The notes: generated from the sequence alone by a model not told the origin. A DNA stretch of 64,000 nt from Patescibacteria group bacterium (GCA_039934415.1 JBDTME010000001.1:265417-329416); one strand, 5' to 3'. Positions 20,815 to 29,360 are shown, numbered from the stretch's first letter. Made by a program: numbers and translations.

Positions 20815-21118
20815 GGGTTTTTGCGGGGCTACTGTGGGCGCCCCGCGGTATGTGAGGCCCGCCCTCCGAGTATGCGGAGGGCGGGTAAAAGAAAAAAGAA
20901 AATCCTTTCTCCAACCTTACAATAACCTGGAATTTATCACTTTCGCTGGAAGTTGCAAGAAGGAATCTGAAGAAAATAATGGGGATGAAAGAAATTTCCT
21001 TCATCCCCGAAGTTATATTGTCTGCTCTGTTCTCCCTGTTGCAGGGGGACAGAACTAAAAGCCGACCTCTGAATCAAGCCAGAGTCAGTGGATGATTTTT
21101 GTGGGTCGACTTGACTAG
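20775..21118 (-). ncRNA. Candidate structured non-coding RNA of unknown class (~340 nt)
   Basis: Seven stem-loops, several completed by G.U pairs only on the minus strand; sigma70-like promoter upstream and a terminal hairpin with U-tract. Confidence 0.6.
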
Positions 21119-21121
21119 AGT

Positions 21122-21149
21122 ATTTTACTGTCTTTACCTGATAGATCAA
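21122..21149 (-). promoter_or_regulatory. Sigma70-like promoter for the candidate ncRNA
   Basis: TTGATC-16 nt-TAAAAT on the minus strand. Confidence 0.5.
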
Positions 21150-21170
21150 GATGAAAGAAAGACTGAAGAA

Positions 21171-22430
21171 TTAGTTGTTAACACCAGGTGTTGCCGAGGG
21201 AGTAGCTTTTATATCACCGGATTGGGTTGCATTGAGTATTTCAGCTGGGGATGTGGTCGGTGTGACTGTCAACGTTGGAGTCGGTGTTGGTTCTGGTTTT
21301 TTATTTTTTACTTCTCGATCAAAGAAGGCTATAGCTCGTTCTTTGACGGTATCTGTAACTGGGATGAGTAAATGATCTGCACCGGGATAAGTGAAGTACT
21401 CGATTTGATCCTTTTTGCCTTTACCGGCGAAGTAGGAATAGAAATCATCACTCCATTTTTGCGGGACCTCTTTATCAGCAGTTCCTTGATGGAGTTGAAT
21501 CTTTGCCGTAACATGTTCTAGATTATTGCCAATACTAAATTGATCAATGTTGTAATCCTGTTCGAATTTGGCAATAACTGCCCGTAATCCTTTTCCTTTG
21601 TCATCATCTTCATCAGTAAAATAAAGTACAGAGTACGGGAAAAACTTGGTAACTGGAGCGAGAAGCACTGTTGGCACTGGCCGACCAGTGATTTCTAAAA
21701 ATGAGAGTGAAATCTGTCCTCCATTACTGTGCCCCCATAGCCCAACTCTTTTCGCATCAATTGTAGCAAGTGATTTATTTTGAAAAGCAAGTGTCCTCTG
21801 ATCAAGGTGATCTACAGTTGCAAATAAATCCATCACATTCATTGGTTTGATAAATCTTTCTGCTAGAGTCTCCACGGGCGGTTGATCACTTTCACCATAC
21901 CCTAAAAAATCTGGAGCCAGCGTAATGTAGCCGGCTTTGGCTAAGGCAGCAGCAGTTGGAGACGAGCCTTTACCAATTGAGTATTCTTCGGGAGCGACAT
22001 AACCACGCATTAATAAGATGATTGGTCGTGCTTCAGCAGGATTATCATTGGTTGGAATATTGAGTTGTCCTGAAATTTTACGACCTTCTGATTCAAAGTG
22101 AAAAACGTAGGCAGTAAACTCCGGGGTTCTAGTTAATATACGATCAACGATGATCTCAGACGCTACTCCACCACGCTTCTCTAGTTCTGAAAAAGAATAT
22201 TTTAATAGCGGAAATGTTTTTTCTTCTGAAGTGCCTTTGACATCGAGTTGAGCGATTTTGGTAGCAAATTGTTTGCTTGTCAGTAACTTACCGGACAAAA
22301 AACCAACAGAGAAAAGAGCGACAGCTCCTATAGAGAAAGCAAAGAAAGTCCTGGAAAAATGAGGGCGAAAGCGTTCTTGAACGGGCTGGTGTTTGGGCAG
22401 AATCTCTAGCATTGAGCCTGTATTATACAA
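21171..22430 (-). CDS. Membrane-anchored alpha/beta hydrolase (S9-like)
   Basis: PDFLGYGES, WGHSNGG nucleophile elbow, HQGTADKEV, YPGADH; PT-rich C-terminal tail. Confidence 0.85.
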   Translation of the reverse strand: MYNTGSMLEILPKHQPVQERFRPHFSRTFFAFSIGAVALFSVGFLSGKLLTSKQFATKIAQLDVKGTSEEKTFPLLKYSFSELEKRGGVASEIIVDRILTRTPEFTAYVFHFESEGRKISGQLNIPTNDNPAEARPIILLMRGYVAPEEYSIGKGSSPTAAALAKAGYITLAPDFLGYGESDQPPVETLAERFIKPMNVMDLFATVDHLDQRTLAFQNKSLATIDAKRVGLWGHSNGGQISLSFLEITGRPVPTVLLAPVTKFFPYSVLYFTDEDDDKGKGLRAVIAKFEQDYNIDQFSIGNNLEHVTAKIQLHQGTADKEVPQKWSDDFYSYFAGKGKKDQIEYFTYPGADHLLIPVTDTVKERAIAFFDREVKNKKPEPTPTPTLTVTPTTSPAEILNATQSGDIKATPSATPGVNN

Positions 22431-22504
22431 AAAATGGAGCTAAAAGTCAGCTATTCAAAACATCGCCCCCTGACAGATGAATTGATGCTTTTTGTACTTG
22501 TTAA

Positions 22505-23209
22505 ATGTATTTTGAGTATGTTATTATGCTTGCCGCTATGCGCGTAGACGTTTTGGTCTTTGACCATTCAAAATTCGCCTTCGCTGCCCTCAAAGCTTTT
22601 CTCATCCAATATGGGTATACAGTCGTTCTTGCTTCAAATCTTGCTGAAGCACAACGTAAAATGAACAATCGAGTATTCGACTTGGTCATTGTTCAAGAAA
22701 CCATCCGACAAGCAGAAATCTTGGAATTGAACTCATATTTAAAAGACGTCCATGCCACGTGTTATCTTCTAGTACTGATGAAAAATTTCAGTGTTAACCA
22801 ACGCATCGAAGTTTTGGAAGCAGGAGCAGATGATTGCTTGAGTCTCCCCTATCATCCCAAAGAATTGCTGCTCAAAATGGAAAAACTCCTCCAACATAAA
22901 CACGCCATTCGAGAAAATGTCATCAAAACTTCCAAGTATGAACTCAACGTCATATCCGGAGATTTACTTTGTCCTTGGGGAACTATTTGGCTCCGCAAAA
23001 AAGAGTTCATGATCATGTCGATGTTGCTACAACAAAAAAATCGTGTCGTATCAAAAGAACAATTGATTGAACGTATTTGGAGTCAAGAAGAAATACCACA
23101 ACTCTCAACCATCGACGTTCACATCCGCCGCATCCGCGAAAAAATTAAAGACGCCGAAAAAAACATCATCAAAACAGCACATGGAGTTGGGTATATGTTT
23201 TGCGAGTGA
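22505..23209 (+). CDS. OmpR-family response regulator with atypical receiver domain
   Basis: GADD; winged helix L.KKEF, VVSKEQL, TIDVHIRRIREK, IKTAHGVGY; start may be 22538. Confidence 0.85.
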   Translation: MYFEYVIMLAAMRVDVLVFDHSKFAFAALKAFLIQYGYTVVLASNLAEAQRKMNNRVFDLVIVQETIRQAEILELNSYLKDVHATCYLLVLMKNFSVNQRIEVLEAGADDCLSLPYHPKELLLKMEKLLQHKHAIRENVIKTSKYELNVISGDLLCPWGTIWLRKKEFMIMSMLLQQKNRVVSKEQLIERIWSQEEIPQLSTIDVHIRRIREKIKDAEKNIIKTAHGVGYMFCE

Positions 23210-23279
23210 AAATATTTGTCGGGGTGATGCACTTTCTTTCGAACCAATTTTACTTTGGCTAACAAATTTAATGCAAGCC
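23130..23279 (+). repeat. Diverged direct repeat copy 1 (regulator 3' end + att + integrase-tail coding sequence)
   Basis: Colinear with 27971-28120. Confidence 0.9.
23218..23227 (+). repeat. Left att core GTCGGGGTGA
   Basis: Identical to 33024-33033; lies 8 bp after the response regulator stop. Confidence 0.8.
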
Positions 23280-23303
23280 TACCAGAACTTAGAAAAGCAG
23301 TGA
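23226..23303 (+). other. Detached C-terminal coding segment of the serine recombinase (DALSFEPILLWLTNLMQAYQNLEKQ*)
   Basis: Becomes in frame with the LSR when the two att cores are joined; paralogous peptide at 28066-28138. Confidence 0.7.
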
Positions 23304-23529
23304 TCAGTCTTCGAAAACATCAAGAGATTTTATCCCTAATGCCTTCATGATCTTATTTAGCTTCTCAAATGAAGGATTTTCCTCACCTCTTTCGATTCGA
23401 GCATAGTAATTTACATTTATGCCTGAGGATCCAGCCACTTCAACCTGAGCGAGCTCAGCTTTTTTTTCTAGCCAATTTGAGCTTCGTACCCAATTCTTTT
23501 CTCACTTGATCGACTTTTGCGCTAGCCAT
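23304..23529 (-). pseudogene. XRE HTH regulator frameshifted in an A8 run
   Basis: MASAKVDQVRKELGTKLKLARKK, one extra A, then AELAQVEVAGSSGINVNYYARIERGEENPS; paralogue of 29061-29288. Confidence 0.85.
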
Positions 23530-23606
23530 ATATTGATAGTATAGCAGTTGTTTTCAACTTCAACGTTAAATGTACAAATGTTATTCGGTGTTGATTAGTG
23601 ACTTTG

Positions 23607-25640
23607 CTATTCCAGCATGTCAGGAAACATCGCATAGAGTCTCTCAAAGTTTTTGTCGGCGTAAGCTCCAACCATGACTCCAAACCATTTTCTCAAGTCC
23701 TGTTGTACAGTCTCAGAGAGAGTATCAAAAGGAATTGGGCCATCAAGCAACTCCCGTGGTAGAACGCCTCGCAACTGCCCAAATGGGGTAAAGCCTAATG
23801 GGCCATCATTTCCTTTTTGTTTTCCCACAAAACTAAAGGATTCTTCTTTTCCCGTTAGTTTCCCCGCAAAGCTAAGTAGATGTTTTCCAGATCTGATTTC
23901 AAGAATATATAATTGCCTGTTCTTAGGCCTATCTGCAGTGGTTTCATCTATTACAATGTTTACCATGGTATTGTTCGGCAACTTCTCTTTCTTTAAAATT
24001 AGAAAATCATCGATGACTAACGCATCTAGATTCATGCTTAAAAAACTTCTTATGGCGTCATCAGGGGTTTCAACAATTGGTTCACCTGCACCGTTGAATG
24101 AAGTATTTAAAAGTACGGGAACACCTGTCCGTTTGTAAAATGCTTCTACTACATTGTAGTATCGCTCATCTTGATCTTCTCTTATGGTCTGGATACGAGC
24201 CGTGCCGTCAATGTGTGTAACTGCAGGAATAATGTCCTGTTTGTCGGTCAAAACGTCGGCAACAATCAACATAAACGGACTGGGCACGTTTAAATCAAAA
24301 TATTCTGAAGCAAGTTGCTCCAAAATAACCGGAGCAAACGGACGATACCACTCCCTATGTTTGACCTCAAAGTTAATATAATCACGCATGTTTGGATCTC
24401 TTGGGTCAGCCAGAATACTACGGTGTCCTAATGCACGAGGGCCAATTTCGCTTCCTCCGTTATACCAACCGATGACTTCTCCACCTGCAATTCTCTTTGC
24501 TACTTCGCGATATAAATTTACCTCAGCGAATGGAATAGCAACAATTTGATCCTCATTGCGTGAAAGCGCTTCCAATACTTTTTCTTTACTATAGACAGGT
24601 CCCAAGTATGCCGTATCCATTTGAGTATCGACATCAAGTCCTCGATTTTTTATATCTACCATGAGCTTACCAATTGCTTGCCCATCGTCACCAGAAGCAG
24701 GGAAGACGTAAATGTCTTCAAATATTCCCGATTTTAAGATCTTTCCATTTACAACACTGTTGAGCGCCACACCACCTGCCAAGCATAAATGATCACTTCC
24801 TGTGAGGAGTTTTGCTCTTCGAGTGAGGCCCAACATGATTTCTTCTAAAATGTCTTGTCCAGCATAAGCCGTATCCATATCATCTTTTGATACATCTTCA
24901 CTTTTTTTCTTTAAACTGTGACCACGTAGCTGCATAAACTCGTCCCAGATCTCCTGGATTTCTGGTGGTTGTGGTTGCCATCCAAACTGTGTGGGACCAA
25001 AGGTGTTTCCAAAAATTGCGAGAATGAAATTGGGATCAATGTAATAACTCCCATCTGGATTGCTGTAGGCAAATTTCTTGAAAAACTCAAGATATTTTGA
25101 AGGCTCACCATAGGGAGCAAGCCCTATGGTTTTTCCTTCTTCGTGTAATTCTTGCATTCCAGATAATGCTCCTATTGCCGTATAAAAATGTCCGATTGAT
25201 TGAGGGGCAAATATTCCATCTGCAAGATATGGCGCCTCAATAAGCGATAATGAGTCATTACTTCCTTTCCATAATGATGTTGATGCTCGTTTTCCAAAAT
25301 CAGGACCTTGACCGTCAACAATCACAACCGCAGCGTCTTTGAAAGTTGAAGCATAAAACGCGCTTGCAGCATGGTAGAGATGATGGTTATCGTCCTCAAG
25401 GCCGTTGCTCTGATTCACAAAGTGATCATCAGGGCTGCCAAACACTACATCTGAAGCGTCAAAATAATTCTTTAGATGATCGTACGCGAGCCTTGAATTC
25501 CAACTGTGTTTGAAGCGATCTCCAACCCTTTCTGCGGCGAGATCAACAATCTGTCCATTGGACAAGAGCATGGCAACAGCCCCATCGTGCCAAGTTGTGG
25601 CGTGACTATGAATGATTGTTTTATTTTCTTGCTTACTCAT
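23607..25640 (-). CDS. NodU/CmcH-family carbamoyltransferase with C-terminal extension
   Basis: WHDGA, HHLYHAASAF, VDGQG, AGGVALN, PASGDDG, GPRALGHRS, REWYRPFAP, THIDGTARIQT, LNTSFN; start MSKQ at 25640 overlaps the nitrilase stop. Confidence 0.92.
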   Translation of the reverse strand: MSKQENKTIIHSHATTWHDGAVAMLLSNGQIVDLAAERVGDRFKHSWNSRLAYDHLKNYFDASDVVFGSPDDHFVNQSNGLEDDNHHLYHAASAFYASTFKDAAVVIVDGQGPDFGKRASTSLWKGSNDSLSLIEAPYLADGIFAPQSIGHFYTAIGALSGMQELHEEGKTIGLAPYGEPSKYLEFFKKFAYSNPDGSYYIDPNFILAIFGNTFGPTQFGWQPQPPEIQEIWDEFMQLRGHSLKKKSEDVSKDDMDTAYAGQDILEEIMLGLTRRAKLLTGSDHLCLAGGVALNSVVNGKILKSGIFEDIYVFPASGDDGQAIGKLMVDIKNRGLDVDTQMDTAYLGPVYSKEKVLEALSRNEDQIVAIPFAEVNLYREVAKRIAGGEVIGWYNGGSEIGPRALGHRSILADPRDPNMRDYINFEVKHREWYRPFAPVILEQLASEYFDLNVPSPFMLIVADVLTDKQDIIPAVTHIDGTARIQTIREDQDERYYNVVEAFYKRTGVPVLLNTSFNGAGEPIVETPDDAIRSFLSMNLDALVIDDFLILKKEKLPNNTMVNIVIDETTADRPKNRQLYILEIRSGKHLLSFAGKLTGKEESFSFVGKQKGNDGPLGFTPFGQLRGVLPRELLDGPIPFDTLSETVQQDLRKWFGVMVGAYADKNFERLYAMFPDMLE

Positions 25641-26371
25641 ACAATTCCAAGTTCTTTCCGCATTCTTTTCATCTGTTCCAAATCTTCTTTTTTTAATTCC
25701 ATCTTTTGAAAAACGTTTTCCTTCAGACCCGTCGATTGCTCTCTCCCATCTGGAAAGAAAACTGCACTGCACCCTAGATATTTAAAGCCCGACTTCTCAA
25801 TACCTGATCGGTTCGCAAATACGGTTACCATCTGATTTTCAAGTGCTCTTGCTTTTGTAATCGTTCGCAAGAAGTCTACACTGACTGTTGCACTGACTAA
25901 CAAGAGATCTGCTTCCTGTGATAGTGCTTTTCGTGCCATCAGTGGATCGAGGACATCCAAACAGATACAGGCAACAAAAGAAAGGTTTTTATATCGCAGA
26001 ATATGAGCATGGCTACTACCAGGCCTGAAGGTTTTTTTCTCCTGTGAATACAACTTTCTCTTATCGCAAGCCCTGGTAATTATACCATTGCTAATATAGT
26101 ACGACCTATTTGCAACATAATTTCCCGACGAAATCGGGAGGCTACCAATGAAAGCTAGTTCATTTTTCTTCGAAAAATCCGTTAGTTTCTTGAGGAAGAG
26201 TGGTAGTTTTTTTTGCTCGAGTAGACTGTAATCAAAGTAACTTTGGAGAAAGAGCTCTGGCAAGACAATAAGGCAATTTCTTTCTCTTTTGAGCGAAGAA
26301 ATGACGAAATCGATATTTTCCTCAGCTGTTCTCTCCTGAGGAGAAAATTGGAAAAAACCAATGGAGATCAT
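25637..26371 (-). CDS. Carbon-nitrogen hydrolase (nitrilase superfamily)
   Basis: E-K-C triad: LPELF, DKRKL, ICLD; ARALENQ, ANRSG. Confidence 0.88.
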   Translation of the reverse strand: MISIGFFQFSPQERTAEENIDFVISSLKRERNCLIVLPELFLQSYFDYSLLEQKKLPLFLKKLTDFSKKNELAFIGSLPISSGNYVANRSYYISNGIITRACDKRKLYSQEKKTFRPGSSHAHILRYKNLSFVACICLDVLDPLMARKALSQEADLLLVSATVSVDFLRTITKARALENQMVTVFANRSGIEKSGFKYLGCSAVFFPDGREQSTGLKENVFQKMELKKEDLEQMKRMRKELGIV

Positions 26372-26380
26372 AATGTCCTC

Positions 26381-27388
26381 TCAAAAATCCAAGCCCGAAA
26401 CGGCGCCAGCTTTTTTTGAAGACCAAGGGTGCTTAACCTCAGAAATCACAATAGAGTCTTGGATGAAACCTTCCCACTCTGGCGTGACCTGGCGACCAGT
26501 AACAACTACTTGTGTCGAGGACTCTCTTGCAAGAGCTAAAAGCTCTTGAACAGTTTCTAGCTCAAGGAGTGGGTAAGGAAGGTAAGACATAACTTCTTTT
26601 AAGGTATCGACAAACTCATCAAGAACAATGACGGTATATTCTCCCGTTGCTATCAGTTTCTTAGCCAATTCAACGCCCTCCACTGCCTTTTCTCGATGCT
26701 CTACCTCTTCTGTCACTCTATCCATATTAGGAGAACCTACAAATCCTGCTCCTGTTGGATGAAAAGAAAGTTGATTGGGGTTATACATCGCATCTGGAAA
26801 GTTATGCTCATTGATTGCCCAAGTCAGAGCTCCTGATTTCTTCTCTTTGAACCATTGAATAACTGCGCCTCTCCCTCCTTCTAAAACTGACTCCATGGCA
26901 ATCCCCAAAGCAGTCGTCGTCTTTCCTTTCCCAGATCCAGTAATTCCGATAACACCACTTTCACGAATTCTATTTCGTGTAAAACCAGAAATAAGGTCGT
27001 ATTCTTTTGGATCAGGATTTGCATCAACAGTCATAACATAGCTTTTTCCAAGCACAGATGGACTATTACGTATTGTCTTATTGACGTCAGAATTGCTATA
27101 CAAACTTACCACGAGATCAAATTTACCCTTTTGGCTCTGTTGTGCAGTTTCAAACTGTTCAATAGAAATAACATTGAGTAATTCTGGAGCTTCTAATTCT
27201 GTATGAAGTTGTTGAAAGATTCGCTGCCTATCTGGAGGAGCTATCACAAGAATGTTCCATCCTTTACCAATTGCTCGTACAAGACTTCCAAGCACTGCGT
27301 ACGAGGTATCTGAGCCAGTATAAGCGTACTCTAGCCTATTGGCCTTCTCCTGTTCTCTTTGTTCGGGTGTATATCTTCTCTCTGTCAT
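26381..27388 (-). CDS. CobA/BtuR-like P-loop protein with degenerate N-terminal repeat
   Basis: ITGSGKGKTTTALG, IQWFK, IVLDE, VVVTGR, EVKHP, GLDF C-terminus. Confidence 0.78.
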   Translation of the reverse strand: MTERRYTPEQREQEKANRLEYAYTGSDTSYAVLGSLVRAIGKGWNILVIAPPDRQRIFQQLHTELEAPELLNVISIEQFETAQQSQKGKFDLVVSLYSNSDVNKTIRNSPSVLGKSYVMTVDANPDPKEYDLISGFTRNRIRESGVIGITGSGKGKTTTALGIAMESVLEGGRGAVIQWFKEKKSGALTWAINEHNFPDAMYNPNQLSFHPTGAGFVGSPNMDRVTEEVEHREKAVEGVELAKKLIATGEYTVIVLDEFVDTLKEVMSYLPYPLLELETVQELLALARESSTQVVVTGRQVTPEWEGFIQDSIVISEVKHPWSSKKAGAVSGLDF

Positions 27389-27416
27389 AATTACTGAGAT
27401 TGTATCAGAGGTTTAG

Positions 27417-27970
27417 TAGAGCGTGGTGCAAAACTAGAAATAGACTGAATTGACAAATAAAAACGCAGCTAGCAAGCTAAAAGCAGCGATACTACTAGCT
27501 TTTTGAAAGGCCAGCTGCATATGAAACTTGTACCAAATCTTCCAAAGAAAGTCCAGTTCCTGAATCAGATTTCATTGTCAGTGAATCAGTTTCTCCACAA
27601 GAGTGATCGGTTTGAAGGTGGCCGGATTGGATATGACAAAGAATTTCTGTTCAACTGGTTACTAATCAAAAAGATGATGCACTTCGATTATCGAACTATT
27701 GGAGAAATGGCAAGTGTTTCCCATTCTACGTTGATTCGAGCCAATCAATTTTTTCTTGATTCAAAGGTCTATTTCAAAATCTTTCATCATTTGCTCAAAG
27801 TAGCATACAAAAAAGGTTTGATTCAAGGGAAGAAAGTCTCGTTAGATAGTTCATTTGTGCAAACATTTTCAAAAAAACAAGAATATGGATCTAGGAAATG
27901 GAATGGCCACAAAGAAAAGTATGGCTTCAAACTGCACGTGCTCATTGATGCCAACACTTCATTTCCGATG
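27417..27970 (+). mobile_element. Truncated IS (IS5/IS4-like DDE transposase remnant, ATG 27521)
   Basis: SLDSSFV and YGFKLHVLID DDE motifs; cut at 27970 by the repeat; putative left end TAGAGCGTGGTGCAAAACT. Confidence 0.75.
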
Positions 27971-28120
27971 GCATCCGCGAAAAAATCAAAGATGCCGAAA
28001 AAACCATCATCAAAACCGCTCATGGAGTTGGGTATATGTTTTGTGAGTGAAAATATTTGTCGGCCTGATGCACTTACTTTCGAACCGCTTTTACTCTGGT
28101 TGACTAATTTAATGCAAGTA
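27971..28120 (+). repeat. Diverged direct repeat copy 2 (regulator 3' end + variant att GTCGGCCTGA + integrase tail)
   Basis: Encodes IREKIKDAEKTIIKTAHGVGYMFCE* and then, in another frame, DALTFEPLLLWLTNLMQ. Confidence 0.9.
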
Positions 28121-28159
28121 TATGAAAGCTCTGAATAATTGCTGAATGAAACAATAAGC

Positions 28160-29023
28160 TCACTGATCTATTCTTACCACCACTTCATCGAACACGAAGT
28201 GCACAAATTGTTTGCCGAGCTCAGTCAGAACATATGGTTTCGTGTCTTCAAAAGCAGACTCCAGTGTGCGTGATAGATTGTGAGATCTACCTCTGGCTGC
28301 GCTAGCTTGCCTTATAAATCGCCCATCGCCATCAGTTTCACGAGCCTGTCTGATAACTCCTCCTGTACTTAGGTCACGTATAAGATAACGAAAAAGATCA
28401 GCTTCTGCTGAATCCTCCCGTGGCCTTTCTGTATGTGCCCGATCCCACATATCTCCTCTAGTAATTCCTGGATTACTATAAATGGCTTTAATTACAACAA
28501 AATGAGAATCATGGTAATCTTCAATCCATTTCAAAAAAAGTCTGATTAAATCATCTGGGAAAATGGGAGAGGCTCCAGCTTGCGTGATCAATTTTTTCAC
28601 AAGTTGACGTTTTTCTTCAGTTTCAGATTCGTCCCATTGTCGAAATGCAGATCTTACCAGTGAGAGATAGTCTTCTGATTGAATACGTTCATCAATCTGA
28701 TCTCCGAGTTGGTCAAATCTGGTAAAAATTTCTTGAAGTGTTTTTCCAAGTCGCTCGATTTTAACTTCATGACTTTGTATCCAAAAGCGTAAAAAGTCAT
28801 TGTTTTTATCTTGTTCATATTCACCACTCAGGCTAGCAATTGCACCTATAAAGCCACCAACCCACGGGATTGCCGATAATGTGGCAAGAGTAAAACGGAT
28901 ATATTTTTTCTTACTACCATGAATAAGCCAGTCCACTAAATTTGGTGTAACTGAAGGTTCAGATACTATTACTTCAGTCTCTGAAGTAATAGTATCACTT
29001 TGATTAATCAAGTCATTTACCAT
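28160..29023 (-). CDS. Hypothetical protein, possibly Abi-alpha/DUF4393-like
   Basis: CAT at 29021-29023 and TCA at 28160-28162 place it on the minus strand (track says +); C-terminal wHTH-like LTELGKQF. Confidence 0.7.
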   Translation of the reverse strand: MVNDLINQSDTITSETEVIVSEPSVTPNLVDWLIHGSKKKYIRFTLATLSAIPWVGGFIGAIASLSGEYEQDKNNDFLRFWIQSHEVKIERLGKTLQEIFTRFDQLGDQIDERIQSEDYLSLVRSAFRQWDESETEEKRQLVKKLITQAGASPIFPDDLIRLFLKWIEDYHDSHFVVIKAIYSNPGITRGDMWDRAHTERPREDSAEADLFRYLIRDLSTGGVIRQARETDGDGRFIRQASAARGRSHNLSRTLESAFEDTKPYVLTELGKQFVHFVFDEVVVRIDQ

Positions 29024-29060
29024 ATTATTCTGGATATTGAAGGAACCAAAACTATTTCTA

Positions 29061-29288
29061 TTAAGACTTTGAAGAAACGTCCAATGACTTTATCTCCAAT
29101 GCTTTCATAATTTTGGTGAGCTTTTCATATGAGGGGTTTTCTTCTCCTCTTTCGATACGAGCATAGTAATTGACATTCACACCTGAGGCTGAAGCAACTT
29201 CTGCCTGAGTAAGCTCTGCTTTTTCTCTGGCTGCTTTGAGTTTTGTACCTAGTTCTTTTCTGCCTTGGTTCACTTTTTTACTAGCCAT
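29061..29288 (-). CDS. XRE-family HTH transcriptional regulator
   Basis: LKAAREKAELTQAEVA..SGVNVNYYARIERGEENPS; TGnTATACT just upstream. Confidence 0.9.
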   Translation of the reverse strand: MASKKVNQGRKELGTKLKAAREKAELTQAEVASASGVNVNYYARIERGEENPSYEKLTKIMKALEIKSLDVSSKS

Positions 29289-29325
29289 ATGTTGATAGTA
29301 TAACATTTCTCTAAGTCATAAAACG

Positions 29326-29360
29326 AAAAGAGCCGTACATGTTATTCACACATACGGCTC
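29326..29360 (-). terminator. Putative intrinsic terminator
   Basis: GAGCCGTA/TACGGCTC stem followed by TTTT on the minus strand. Confidence 0.55.

Noticed and set aside
20775-21118. Identification as tmRNA, SRP, 6S RNA or CRISPR array
   Set aside because: No tRNA-Ala-like ends, no SRP GGAA domain, not a single rod, and the hairpins differ in sequence. No CRISPR array seen anywhere in the window.
20792-21149. Three short ORFs (66-88 aa) in the rmuC/hydrolase gap
   Set aside because: No recognisable features or RBS; they run through stable hairpins, so RNA structure explains the region better.
21175-21300. Repetitive PT-rich coding stretch
   Set aside because: Ordinary low-complexity linker of a surface protein.
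23067-23303. Independent 78-aa gene
   Set aside because: The 5' half is an alternative frame of the regulator; only the part after the att core looks coding.
27503-28138. Intact 211-aa transposase
   Set aside because: Chimeric: DDE similarity stops at about 27970; the rest is out-of-frame regulator sequence plus the integrase tail. The in-frame fusion can be chance.
28160-29023. Plus-strand assignment in the ORF track
   Set aside because: The given protein is encoded by the reverse complement (CAT at 29021-29023, TCA at 28160-28162).
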